Positions 25,473 to 37,271 of a stretch of DNA of 64,000 bases are shown in pieces; position 1 is the first letter of the stretch, and every line of letters starts with the position of its first letter. Where the stretch lies: the NCBI GenBank assembly GCA_002269645.1, contig NIVC01000591.1:372001-436000 (forward strand). Direction: 5' to 3'. This DNA is from Macrostomum lignano (taxonomy: Eukaryota). The translations under genes were made by a program, and so were the position numbers. The notes under the pieces are model-generated. The model was not told the origin of the DNA, did no database searches, and saw only the letters and a program-made list of their open reading frames with translations.

Positions 25473-26843
25473 ATGACCGACTACTACGAAATACTTGGTT
25501 TGTCATCTGACGCAAGCTGGGGCGACGTGAGCAAGGCTTATCGCAAAATGGCGCTAAGGTAATTAAGTGTTCAAATAATTTTGATTAAAATTTTTATTGG
25601 TGCTGAGTGATTGGCTAGTGAGTCCGTTCACGAAGGAGTGTTTATGAGCGAGTTCACGATTCCGCGACTGAATCTGTGATTCGTGGGCACTATTAGTGAT
25701 TGGTCGTGGGTTCACAAACGAGTTTGGCGAGTTCAAGGAAGAATGAGTCATTGAGTGACTTCACAGGTAAATGAGAGTGTGTTTAGAGGTGAATCAGCGA
25801 GTTAACAGGTAAATGAGTTTACGGGTGAATAAGTTTACAGGTGAATGTGTTCACGGGTGTATTAATTGTTCAAGAGTTCATGAGTGAGTTCAAGGATGAA
25901 TGAGTAACTTCAACAGGTAAATGAGTGCAGAGCTCATAGGTGAGAGTTCAAGGGTGAATTCTTTCACGGGCGAATGAGCGAGTTTACGTGTGAATGAAAT
26001 GGTTTCACGAGTGAATGAATGAGTTCATGAGTCAACGAGCGAGTTCACAGGTGAACGTTCATGAACGAACCCAAATCGAAGCCGACGCTCGTACATGTAC
26101 TTAAAACCCATCCTACATGTAAACCAATGATCCGATGGCTCAGGTGGCACCCAGACAAGCACCCGGCGGAATCAAAAGCCGAAGCCGAGGACCGGTTCAA
26201 GCTAATTAGCGAAGCCTTCCAGGTGCTGTCAGACCCGGTAGGACGCAGGCAACACGACGAGACCTTGAAAGAGCGAAAGAAACAACAGAAGAAACAGCAA
26301 GAACAGCAGCAGAAGCAGCAACATGTACAAGAATGCTTCAAGCCACCACAGCAAGGATTCAAACTGCCCGACCATTTCGCCAACTCCTCCGGCGCGGCAA
26401 CTCACTACAGCTTCAAGACCACCAAGAGTACAACAAGAACTTTCATGTGCGCACCGAACGACGCCACTACAGCCAACGAGTTCATCAATAAAATGCGCGA
26501 AAATCTTCGCCAGAGCTGCGGCAATTTCAACTTTCGCGACGCCTACGAAGTCTACCGGGAATACTTCGATTTCTTCAACAGCTTCGAAAACATGCCTGGC
26601 TGCCAGAGCCGAGACAGCGAAGACGATCAAGCCCCGACAACCGCCTGGTGGGAGACTGCAGTAAAGCTTCATCAACCCGACAAATTTAGCAGCCAACAAC
26701 ATGAGAACATCAAGCCAACCGAGACCATCCAGAAGACCACTCGAGTACGCCCAGACGGAGTAGTGGAAGAAGTCACTCGCGTCACCCGGATGGTGGTCAC
26801 GACTCGTACCGAGACAGTGTGCGCGGGAGAGTATTGGAATTGA
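25473..26843 (+). CDS. DNAJB6: DnaJ/Hsp40 co-chaperone, DNAJB6/B2/B8-like (261 aa)
   Basis: join(25473..25558,26144..26843). Exon 1 MTDYYEILGLSSDASWGDVSKAYRKMALR, with donor AG|GTAATT to acceptor ctcag|G, gives RWHPDK and AEDRFKLISEAFQVLSD. FNFRDAYEVYREYF matches the DNAJB6-type FxFRxPxDVFREFF motif. Exact orthologue uncertain. Confidence 0.85.
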
Positions 26844-27480
26844 TCAATTTATGATTTGAAGACTAGTTTGACTCTTGCAAATATTTTTAACTCCCTGAAA
26901 CTTTTAGTACACTAATAATAAATTGCACAATATTAACAAATAGATGAGCATGACATCGAAAGCTGATTTAACCGTGTTTTTGAGTTCATTTTTTAAGAAC
27001 AGATAAATTATTTCAATAAGCACGTATATTTTCATGTAAACCAACTACTACTACTTATAAAAGTACTGAATGCAGGGGGTTTAGAAATCGGCACTACTTC
27101 ATCAAGGATACAATCCACTTCGGTAACAAAGCAAGTTTATTTTACGACAATTGTGAGTTCAAGGAAATGGACTTTCATTAAGTTGTTATTAATTAATTGA
27201 AGGTGCGGCTGTTATCTAGTTAAATTGTATTATACGTCGTTTAAACTATTTGGATCCCGATAAATGCAGACAAATTTCTGAATCATGAAAGATGCAGTTG
27301 TTTAAATTGACGTAATAAACCGATTGAAACCAAAAAACACGAACATTGACTGAAACTGGTAGCTCATGTTATGAGCAGGTATAGAAGATGCTGTGCAGCA
27401 TCCACTGCCATCACTTGTTATCGAAGTGGACTGTTAACCCTTCATGAATAAACTAGCTATCGTGTCAGTCATAAAAACTC

Positions 27481-27861
27481 TTATTTAAAGCGTCCAGGTT
27501 TAGCCATCTCCGCTTCATTAAGCAGCTCGTCGGCGTCAAAAGTGTCCTCAAATTCTTCAACCCGTCTCACAGCAATTTTCGGCTGTCTACCGGCCAATTT
27601 TTTAGCTCGAACCGCTGCCGAACAGGTGCTGATATCAACTGGCATGTGCAGGACGCAACGCGGCTCCGTGTACCTGAGGCGAATTGTTGATCCGTCTGGT
27701 TGCAGCAGCAGCACGCCCGGGTATTGGCGCGGAAAGTGGCGCCGACGGATTGGCGCTAAACTGGCGCGATGTGCGTTGCCGCGAATGCAGGTTAGCAGAG
27801 CAGACAGTTGCCGGGACTGCGGTGCCAGCTGAGACCAGAGCCTTTGAAGCTGCGCTGACAT
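27481..27861 (-). CDS. MRPL55: Mitochondrial ribosomal protein L55 (bL31m)
   Basis: NAHRASLAPIRRRHFPRQYPGVLLLQPDGSTIRLRYTEPRCVLHMPVDI matches the L55 signature (RASxxRxxRxxYxRxYPxLLVxxDGSTIxIRYxEPR); N-terminal R/L/S-rich targeting peptide. Confidence 0.92.
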   Translation of the reverse strand: MSAQLQRLWSQLAPQSRQLSALLTCIRGNAHRASLAPIRRRHFPRQYPGVLLLQPDGSTIRLRYTEPRCVLHMPVDISTCSAAVRAKKLAGRQPKIAVRRVEEFEDTFDADELLNEAEMAKPGRFK

Positions 27862-28042
27862 TCTCTGCTCAGCATGAATCGGTTAAATATGAACTATGAT
27901 TTTTAGAGCACAAGAAGACTTGCTCTGTGAGAAATACAATGCTTTAAATGTGTTAGCTAATGATTTTCTTGAAAAATACGGAAAAATCACGGACAAACTA
28001 GACAATAATAAAAGAACAGAAAGAATGACTAGGTGACCCTAT

Positions 28043-29078
28043 CAGAAGTGTACACGAGGGTGATAAGATGATCCTGTCCTAAGAGTACACGAGGGTGATA
28101 AGATGACCCTGTCCTAAGAGTACACGAAGGTGATAAGGTGATCCTGTCCTAAGAGTACACGAGGGTGATAAGATGATCCTGTCAGAGAGTACATGAGGGT
28201 GATAAGATGACCCTGTCCTAAGAGTACACGAAGGTGATAAGGTGATCCTGTCCTAAGAGTACACGAGGGTGATTAGATGACCCTGTCAGAGTACACGAGG
28301 GTGATAAGATGATCCTGTCAGAGTACACGAGGGTGATAAGATGATCCTGTCCTAAGAGTACACGAAGGTGATAAGATGATCCTGTCAGAGAGTACATGAG
28401 GGTGATAAGATGACCCTGTCCTAAGAGTACACGAAGGTGATAAGGTGATCCTGTCCAAGAGTACACGAGGGTGATAAGATGATCCTGTCAGAGAGTACAT
28501 GAGGGTGATAAGATGACCCTATCCTAAGAGTACACGAAGGTGATAAGGTGATCCTGTCCTAAGAGTACACGAGGGTGATTAGATGACCCTGTCAGAGTAC
28601 ACGAGGGTGATAAGATGATCCTGTCAGAGTACACGAGGGTGATAAGATGATCCTGTCAGAGTACACGAGGGTGATAAGATGATCCTGTCAGAGTACACGA
28701 GGGTGATAAGATGATCCTGTCAGAGTACACGAGGGTGATAAGATGATCCTGTCCTAAGAGTACACGAAGGTGATAAGGTGATCCTGTCCAAGAGTACACG
28801 AGGGTGATAAGATGATCCTGTCAGAGAGTACATGAGGGTGATAAGATGACCCTGTCAGAGTACACGAGGGTGATTAGATGACCCTGTCAGAGTACACGAG
28901 GGTGATAAGATGATCCTGTCAGAGTACACGAGGGTGATAAGATGATCCTGTCAGAGTACACGAGGGTGATAAGATGACCCTGTCAGAGTACACGAGGGTG
29001 ATAAGATGACCCTGTCAGAGTACACGAGGGTGATAAGATGACCCTGTCCTAAGAGTACATGAAGGTGATAAGATGACA
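28043..29078. repeat. 32/36-bp minisatellite (GAGTACACGAGGGTGATAAGATGATCCTGTCA)n
   Basis: About 30 units with a few recurring variants. Confidence 0.96.
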
Positions 29079-30381
29079 TTGAGGGTGACGAACCAACCTC
29101 TGCCAAATTAAGATTCAATTTTTACCCATTCCTACTCCTAATATTAGAAACGGAATCAAAAGAACAAAAAACTAAAAGACAGCATAACTTTTAGTAATTT
29201 TAGAAGCAATTTTAATGACTATTTAAACGAACACAAGCTTTAATATATTAAATTTGTTCACAATATAATTTCAATAAACGTTGTAGGTATGCATAAATTA
29301 ACATTAAAACGGTTTTATCAAACTACAGAATTCAACAGTTGACGCTAATATAACAACAGCAGGTGAAAGATATACAAATAAATCTTTTAACGTTTAACCT
29401 CGGTTTCCAAAAGCACAATTCAACACCCGAAGTGGTTAGCCAGCGCTGTGTTAAACACGATATATTCTATATAATTCTACCAACTGCCACCGCCGCGCAC
29501 AGTGTGACCAAATGGTTAGCAAGCGCACACGTCATACATTCTCGCTAGCTGATTAAAGATAGATAAGCCAGTTGCAACCAAAATTCGACTAAAGTTCAAT
29601 TCTTATATTTAAGGTTTCAATTCTATTTTCTTTTTAAACTATTTGATTTTTCAATTGAATAATGCAAACGGAGCAATCACAATATATATATAATTAAACT
29701 GATGATTTATAATGGCATTGTAAGACAACACAGATATAGTCAGTGAAGTACATATTTAATTAAATTAATTAATAAAGCCACATATTAAACACAGGCATTT
29801 AAAACTGACATTTTTTAATTAATCCGTAATAAATAATTATTTGGAATGAAAGAAAATAAAAGTTGGAAATTTAAGAGTGAATCCATTTTTTAAGTACTAT
29901 GAGTACTACTACTACTACTACTACTAGTAAACATATTGATAATATCGGAATAAATAAAGACTTAATTCAAACAATAACACACTGGGAGAGAGACCGAGCA
30001 GAGAGGAAAAGAGTGATTATGCATAGAAATTGTTTGTTCAAACACACACAAAACCAACTGACTAACGTCTACACCTAGAATTTATTGAATTGAAATAAAA
30101 AATCCACAACAACAACAATTACACTAGATTTTATGATATTGATAACAAGTTCTTATAACAACACTTTTGGATAGGTGAATTCTAATACAATCATTAGATA
30201 TTATCTGTATAATATATATAAACCGCCTTGATCTAACACAAATGTTTTTAATAACAAAGCAGTATTTCATATATATTTAATATTACAGTTACACAACACA
30301 ATGTTAACTCAAAATCCTCGAAACCCGACTGACCGATTCCTCATTTTTGATGTCCTGTGTTTTATTAGTTTTTAAATATTT

Positions 30382-33300
30382 TTACACCGACAAAATCAGC
30401 GCAACAATGAAACCGTAGAGACCCAGCACCTCGGCGAAGATCAGGATGAGGATCATGCCAACAAACAGGCGCGGCTGCTGGGCGGTACCGCGAACTCCGG
30501 CATCTCCAACAATGCCAATAGCATAGCCTGAGGCCAGGCCGCTCAGTCCGACAGCCAGACCGGCGCCGAGATGACGCAGCGACTTCTCAACCGTGTAGTC
30601 TGGCGTCATATTCTGCGAGATGAGCACAGCAACTACCAAGCCATAAATAGCAATGATACCAGCCATGACCACCGGTACCACGGATTTCATGATCAGCTCG
30701 GGCCGGAGCACCGCCATGTTGGCAATGCCTGTGCCAGACTTAGCGGTGCCATAGGCGGCGCCCAGGGCTGCGGTGGGTGAAGTTGAGGAGGGAAATGGAT
30801 GCGTGAGATATGATTTATGATTATGCTAGATATGACTTGCAATAAAATAAATATTTCTATCAGTACGTTTGGATGATTAGAAATCTATCATCACTGACTC
30901 TCAAAGTTTGTCAGTCTATTAGTACTGACTCTCAAATCTGTCAGTTTATCAGCACTGACTCCCATAATCTGTCAGTTTATTAGTACTGACTGACTCCCAA
31001 AATCTGTCAGTTTATCAGCACTGACTCCCATGATCTGTCAGTTTATCAGCACTGACTGACTCCCAAAATCTGTCAGTTTATCAGCACTGACTCTCAAAAT
31101 ATGTCAGTTTATCAGCACTGACTCTCAAAATATGTCAGTTTATCAGCACTGACTCTCAAAATATGTCAGTTTATCAGCACTGACTCTCAAAATATGTCAG
31201 TTTATCAGCACTGACTGACTCCCAAAATCTGTCAGTTTATCAGCACTGACTCTCAAAATCTGTCAGTTTATCAGCACTGACTCCCATAATCTGTCAGTTT
31301 ATCAGCACTGACTGACTCCCAAAATCTGTCAGTTTATCAGCACTGATTCTCAAAATATGTCAGTTTATCAGCACTGACTCTCAAAATATGTCAGTTTATC
31401 AGCACTGACTGACTCTCAAAATATGTCAGTTTATCAGCACTGACTCTCAAAATCTGTCAGTTTATCAGCACTGACTCTCATAATCTGTCAGTTTATCACT
31501 ACTGATTCTCAAAATATGTCAGTTTATCAGCACTGACTCTCAAAATATGTCAGTTTATCAGCACTGACTCTCATAATCTGTCAGTTTATCAGCACTGACT
31601 CTCATAATCTGTCAGTTTATCAGCACTGACTCTCAAAATATGTCAGTTTATCAGCACTGACTCTCATAATCTGTCAGTTTATCAGCACTGACTCTCAAAA
31701 TATGTCAGTTTATCAGCACTGACTCTCAAAATATGTCAGTTTATCAGCACTGACTGACTCCCAAAATCTGTCAGTTTATCAGCACTGACTCCCAAAATCT
31801 GTCAGTTTATCAGCACTGACTCCCATAATCTGTCAGTTTATCAGCACTGACTCTCAAAATCTGTCAGTTATCTTTGGCATGGCAAGAATGGCAAGATATC
31901 TTTACTGGCTTTTGACTGACGCTGGACATCCTAGACCAAACTGGGATGACTTTTTTAGGGCTATGGCTATTAGAAGCATTTTTGTTATTGTTTTTGTCAA
32001 CTTGGTTGCCTTTTATGACTGTTTTCTGTCTTTTGTCCTCTCTTTTATCTTTTTTTCTCTTTTCTTTTCCTTTTTTCATATTTTTCTTGACTTGTTTAAA
32101 TAACTAAAGTAACAAAATCTTTAATTCTTACCATGCAAGATCTTCTGTAAAGGTGATAGCCTACTTATCAGTATAGCCTTCTTTGAGAGTTTAAAATGCT
32201 TGGCAGTTTCTTAATTGGCTTTATTTATCTTAACTTAAACCCCTATCATCCCACCTGTTTGAAATCTTTGAGTCCTTTACTCCTTGACCTCAGGGACCTC
32301 AAAGAGCTCCTTTTGTATTGAAAATGAAAATATATATCTTAAATTTAGCCTCATCCCCCCTATTTCAATCCCAATGTGTATGTAATATCAAAATTTTCAG
32401 TCTGTTACTTGAGTCCCTGATTCTAAAGGACTTACTTTCACATTGAAAGTAGAAATATTCCTCTTAAATTTAGCCATTAGCATCCTAAACCAACCTTATC
32501 CTAGTCCTTAACCCTAGGGACTTAAAAGCACCCTTCATTCATTTTAACTTTAGTCTTACCACCTAACCCCAATATGCATATAGCATTAAAATTCTATTGC
32601 TTAAACCCCCAAATCCATGAAAAGACTTTAGGAGCTCATTAAGAGTGAAAAAAACTTTTTTTTAATTAAGATATCTTTACTTTAGCCTTTACTATTCAAC
32701 CACAATATAGACATGGCATTGAAGATCTATGTTGATGCTTGAATCCTAAATTTTAGACTTTGTTTCTCTCACTTTGAAACTTGCAACATTCATTTTTTAT
32801 TACTTTACCCCTATTAGATCAAAGCTTCAATTCTTTTTAAAGTCTTAGCTGAATGGTATAGTACTACTGTATAAGGTAACTAGATATAGGAAATGTGTTC
32901 CCATAACTATATGCTTCTTCTATATACCTTAATCTAAAAGATAAAAGATCTATTAGAGTTATTTATAGAAAATATTTTATGATTAGAGGATTCTTTCTAG
33001 AGATATATAATAAAAAACACTTAAAATGTCAACTGTTATTCAGTAGCTACATAAAGACTATATTATTATTTTAGTTTAGTTTTAATTGATTTGAAGCTTA
33101 TATTGTTGATATTTAAAGAAAATAAAGTCCATTGTCATTTTGTTGCAACCATTTAAAAATAAATCTTATTGTTGCAATTGCAAAAAGAAATTTGGTATCA
33201 GTGTATATCTGCTTGGCAATGCATGTTTTGGTTTGAAGCATTCTAATATATATTTGGCATGATCTAGACTATGGTCTATATTATATATATGCTTTGCCAA

Positions 33301-34282
33301 AAAACCTCTATATATATACATACATGTGCAACCTTAAGAATCACTTGGCCATTTCTATTAGCAATATATATATGTAAGTTGCTTTTGGCTAAAAGCAGTC
33401 ATGTGACTTATTCCGTCCAATAGTGACTTACATGTATGTGTTGTCAATAGAAACAGCCGGGTGAATCCCTAGGTTGCGCCTAAGCTAAGCATATAGGCTC
33501 TATCCATAACATTCTTGGCTTTAGTTTAGCTTTATTTGTAACTATGATAGAATTCTAAATATATTAAAGAATAAAAGCATAGCTTACTTGTAGACCTAGT
33601 CTTGGTATAACTATTTAATGCAACTAGATGTGAGTTTTATATTGTAATTTAATAATTAAATAGTTAGGATGGCCTTTTCATAAATTCTAGCACAAAAGGA
33701 GGTTGAATGTATACTATGCCAATATATATATATATATATTCTATTTCTAGCATAACAATAAGCAAGGAAAAATCTGGCACAATATGATGCAAGACAAAAA
33801 ATTTGCACAATTTAGTGCAAGACAAAAACTTTCAACAAGACAATATTTTCTCAGATAAAATAGATAGAAAATTAGTATGTAGGCCTAATTTATTTTTATA
33901 GGCCTATGAGCACTTTTTCAAGATTCAAGAATAGTTCTGGTGCACAGTATAACTGTATAGTTAATTTTTTTAATAAGATTTGTTCTAGCACAGGTGTGCC
34001 ATTATCCTGACTATGGCTGGGTTTAATTTTAAATAGGAGCCTAAATAAACTAATAGGCCTAGTCTAGTTTCAAATGGTCCTAAAATTTGTTTAATCTGCA
34101 TTTACATTTTTAGGCCATTTGCCATGGCTATGAATATGGGTGCTAGTAAACTTGTCAACTTTTAGAATCATTCATTCATCAAGTTGACAATATATAGGCC
34201 TAGTCTTACCACAAAACACCATTGCTGCAGAAGCTCCCATAACTCCAAAAAAGGGAGTGTAAATTGGATCACTGATTGTCAT
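30382..34282 (-). CDS. ATP6V0C: V-type proton ATPase 16 kDa proteolipid subunit c (152 aa)
   Basis: complement(join(30382..30767,34210..34282)). Exon 1 [24 protein letters not shown] with donor G|GTAAGA (phase 1). Acceptor ccgcag|CC gives [12 protein letters not shown]...[17 protein letters not shown]...[23 protein letters not shown], with the essential Glu present. Confidence 0.97.
30890..31868. repeat. 31/35-bp intronic minisatellite (CTGTCAGTTTATCAGCACTGACTCTCAAAAT)n
   Basis: About 30 units inside the ATP6V0C intron; each carries GTCAGT...ACTGAC inverted arms. Confidence 0.96.
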
Positions 34283-35199
34283 TATGGATTTTTATTGTCT
34301 TCTTTCAACTTAAAAACAAGACGAGCAATATAATCCACGAGTCAACACTTCACGTCTGGTTGGAAGTCGGGACAAGTCGCCAGTCGGGCCTTAAGTCAAA
34401 TTTTAACATTCGGTGGTGAACAGAACTTTGTTTACATATAATTTCTGCTTTTCAAAGAGCGCCAACGTCACGATAACTCTGTCTGATGAGTATAAATCCG
34501 GAAAATTCGGATACTTTAATTGCGACTTTAGTCTTCTTTTTAGCTTCTTTATGTACTGTCCAGTTAATTTAACCTTAGCATATGACTTTGCAAATATATC
34601 AAAATATATAAAGCAAAAATCACTGAAATCACAAAAAATCACAAAATCACAAAATCAAAATCAAAATCACAAAATCAAAAATGGGCCATTGAAGTTACTA
34701 CAACTTAAGTAGCTATATATAACCATCTTTTACTGAATGGAATAATTCTTAGTCTGGGCATCGTGGAATTTTTTACAAAATGCATGATAGAACTATTTTT
34801 TCAAGATTTGAGTGAATTTATCTTGCCAATTCACATACAATTTAGTTTCTGTGCTTCCATAGTCCATTTCAATTATACTAACTGCCAAACCAATTTCAAA
34901 CCCCCAAAATGACACTATATAATGATACAAAATGTAACTACATGTTATAAAGAATTGCGGCCTATATTTTTAGCTTTTGGGTCACAAAATATTCAGAAAA
35001 AATCGCATAGCGATCTTCGTTTAACGAATCTCTTGACAAATGGAGAGGAGATCAACAAGGTGAGCACAGGTAAGAAGATATATACATTTAGCTCGCCTGT
35101 ACGTACATGTATATACGTCTATTACCACTAGTGTTATACAGTGTATACATATACAGTAGTAGTGTGTATATACGCTATATACAGTGGTCCTTGGCTAAA

Positions 35200-36090
35200 A
35201 AGAAGCCATGCATCCAACCCCCTAGACATTGGGCGTCCCAATTAAAGCAGTTTTGCTTTATTCAGAAACGGAACCTCGACAGCCACCAGACCCAGGGCGA
35301 TCTCAGCCTGCGGGACCTAGAAGCATGCAGCGGAAGCTAGGCCTGCTTGCTCATTCGAAACCTCCGTCCAAACACCGTTTTGAATTCAAAACCAGCATTC
35401 AAAGCCACGTCATGATTGAAGAGACAGCTGGCCGTGGCAAACCCCGTAAATTTTAATAAATATGCTGCTAATTCACTACTGACGTGCGGGCCTTGACTGC
35501 ATCTGCGGAGCTACTGATCACGCGCATATAACAGTATCCCAACAATAAATGTGGATCCAGGGACACTCGGTCGGGACACTCCGGCAACGAAATGGTCGAA
35601 CACCTGGCTGGACATGCAGGGTCCTTGATCACTGACATCTCCACCGTTGTCACTGCTCAGATTAATCAGTGGGTGGTATTTAAGCACTGGAAAAGAGGGG
35701 GCTAACGCCCTGCCCCGACTGCCGACAGTCGGTCTTGCACTACTTATCCCTACGAGGGATTCCTCGCCCTCCACGGGGCCCTGCTGGAACTTAACCGCAG
35801 GCCCATCAGATCGAGAGATAACCAAAACTCAGGCCATATAATGACAGTTTTGCTAGGCACCGCTATATGTACCTTCAGAAGAAAACTTCTCTGGATTTCT
35901 CCGACCTTTTCAGCCCGCGAGATCAGGGCTACCTGGCGAACAATCATCCACCTCATGGACTCCTTGGACACCGGCGCCACTGGATCTCTATTATAGCTGC
36001 CCGTGATCGCCAGGGCTAGCGGAATGGGCGGTGATGTCTCCCCGCTGCTTCCGGATGCCCGGGAGCCCCTGAAGCTGATCGTCAATGAGT
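35200..36090 (+). mobile_element. Decayed non-LTR retrotransposon 3' part (RNase H domain remnant)
   Basis: Frameshifted motifs FTTDVRAL (cf. IxTDSxAAL) and WIQGHS / GHSGNEMVEHLA at 35552-35609 (cf. WVPGHxGxxGNExADxLA), followed by LLELNRR...SGH; multiple stops. Confidence 0.5.
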
Positions 36091-37271
36091 AAATACGTAC
36101 GAGCAGAGAGTATTTGAGGGGTAGAAGATCTTGGCGAGATTGTTTAAATCTCAAGATCAAGCTAGCCTGTGAAAAACAACCCGTGCAAACTGTGGCTCAT
36201 TAAACTAGCTGTCTAAAAATCGAATGTTGGACAAAAGAGCACGCTAAACTTAACCTAGCTGCTGTCTGTAACTCGTGTTTTTTCATGTAGCTTAATTATT
36301 TCGATCTCGTGAAGTCAAAACTAATCTGGCCAAATCATAAATCATGGTGTCAAGCAATTGCTGCCCTGCCTAGACACTAAATAATAAATTCTTCATTAAT
36401 GAAGCCATCCTGACGCCTGCGTCAGCACTTGAGTACATTAGTATCAAGTTTTTAGTAGTTTAGTAGTTTTTAGTTGTTTTTAGTAGGGACGCAGCCCGGT
36501 TAAAATACATTTCATGGTTGCGTTTGATAAGTTTTATTGCTATTCCTAGACCTCTATTCAGTCTATCAGTCTTTCAGTCCTTTCTTTATCAATGATGGTA
36601 CCTTCTCCTGGTCATCTCCTGGTGTCGTCTGGGTCTTCTCAATCTCCGTCCATCTTCAAATTATCTCCATCTCGCCCCGTTGCCAGGGGGTCCGCGGCCG
36701 CCATCGGTCGCTTATTTTCCCCGGGTCTGCCCCTCCGCTCCTGTCTCGTTTGGGTCGGGCTGGGTGCTGGCTGAAATGAAGGGTTGGGCTCAGAGCGTGC
36801 CCTCATCTCTTATTCTAGAGTCCGTTGTACTCTTCCCTCCGCTTGCTATATTTATCCTCAAGTTACTTTTCTGGTCTTAATTCCTTTCAGATTTCTAAAC
36901 TTGTACATGGAATATCACTGGACAGAGGCAGAGGGTTGGAGTAAGAAGACCGTGTACGCTCTCATTAAACTCTTATCATCGTACAATAAATGAAATTCTA
37001 AAAATCTTCTACTCTCTTTTATTTTTCTGTACCCCACTGCGGAATAGCTCGCATTAGATGTACGTAGGAGCGTAGACATGACAGATAACACAGTTCATTG
37101 CATTCAGTAAGCCAAGCATTGCCGGTCCATTCTGTCCCCATCGGCAGGCTGGTTAATGTTCAACATTTTCTGCTTCAAATTGCCTTTACGTCGTATAGAT
37201 TTTCAAAGTCAATAATAAACAGAGACCAATCTGCAGCAGATTAAGCAATATCTGCAACGGGTTATCAAATT

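Noticed and set aside
28043-31868. CRISPR-like appearance of 31-36 bp repeat arrays (also 378..876, 41790..42052)
   Set aside because: Units are head-to-tail with no unique spacers, no cas genes are present, and the context is eukaryotic with introns.
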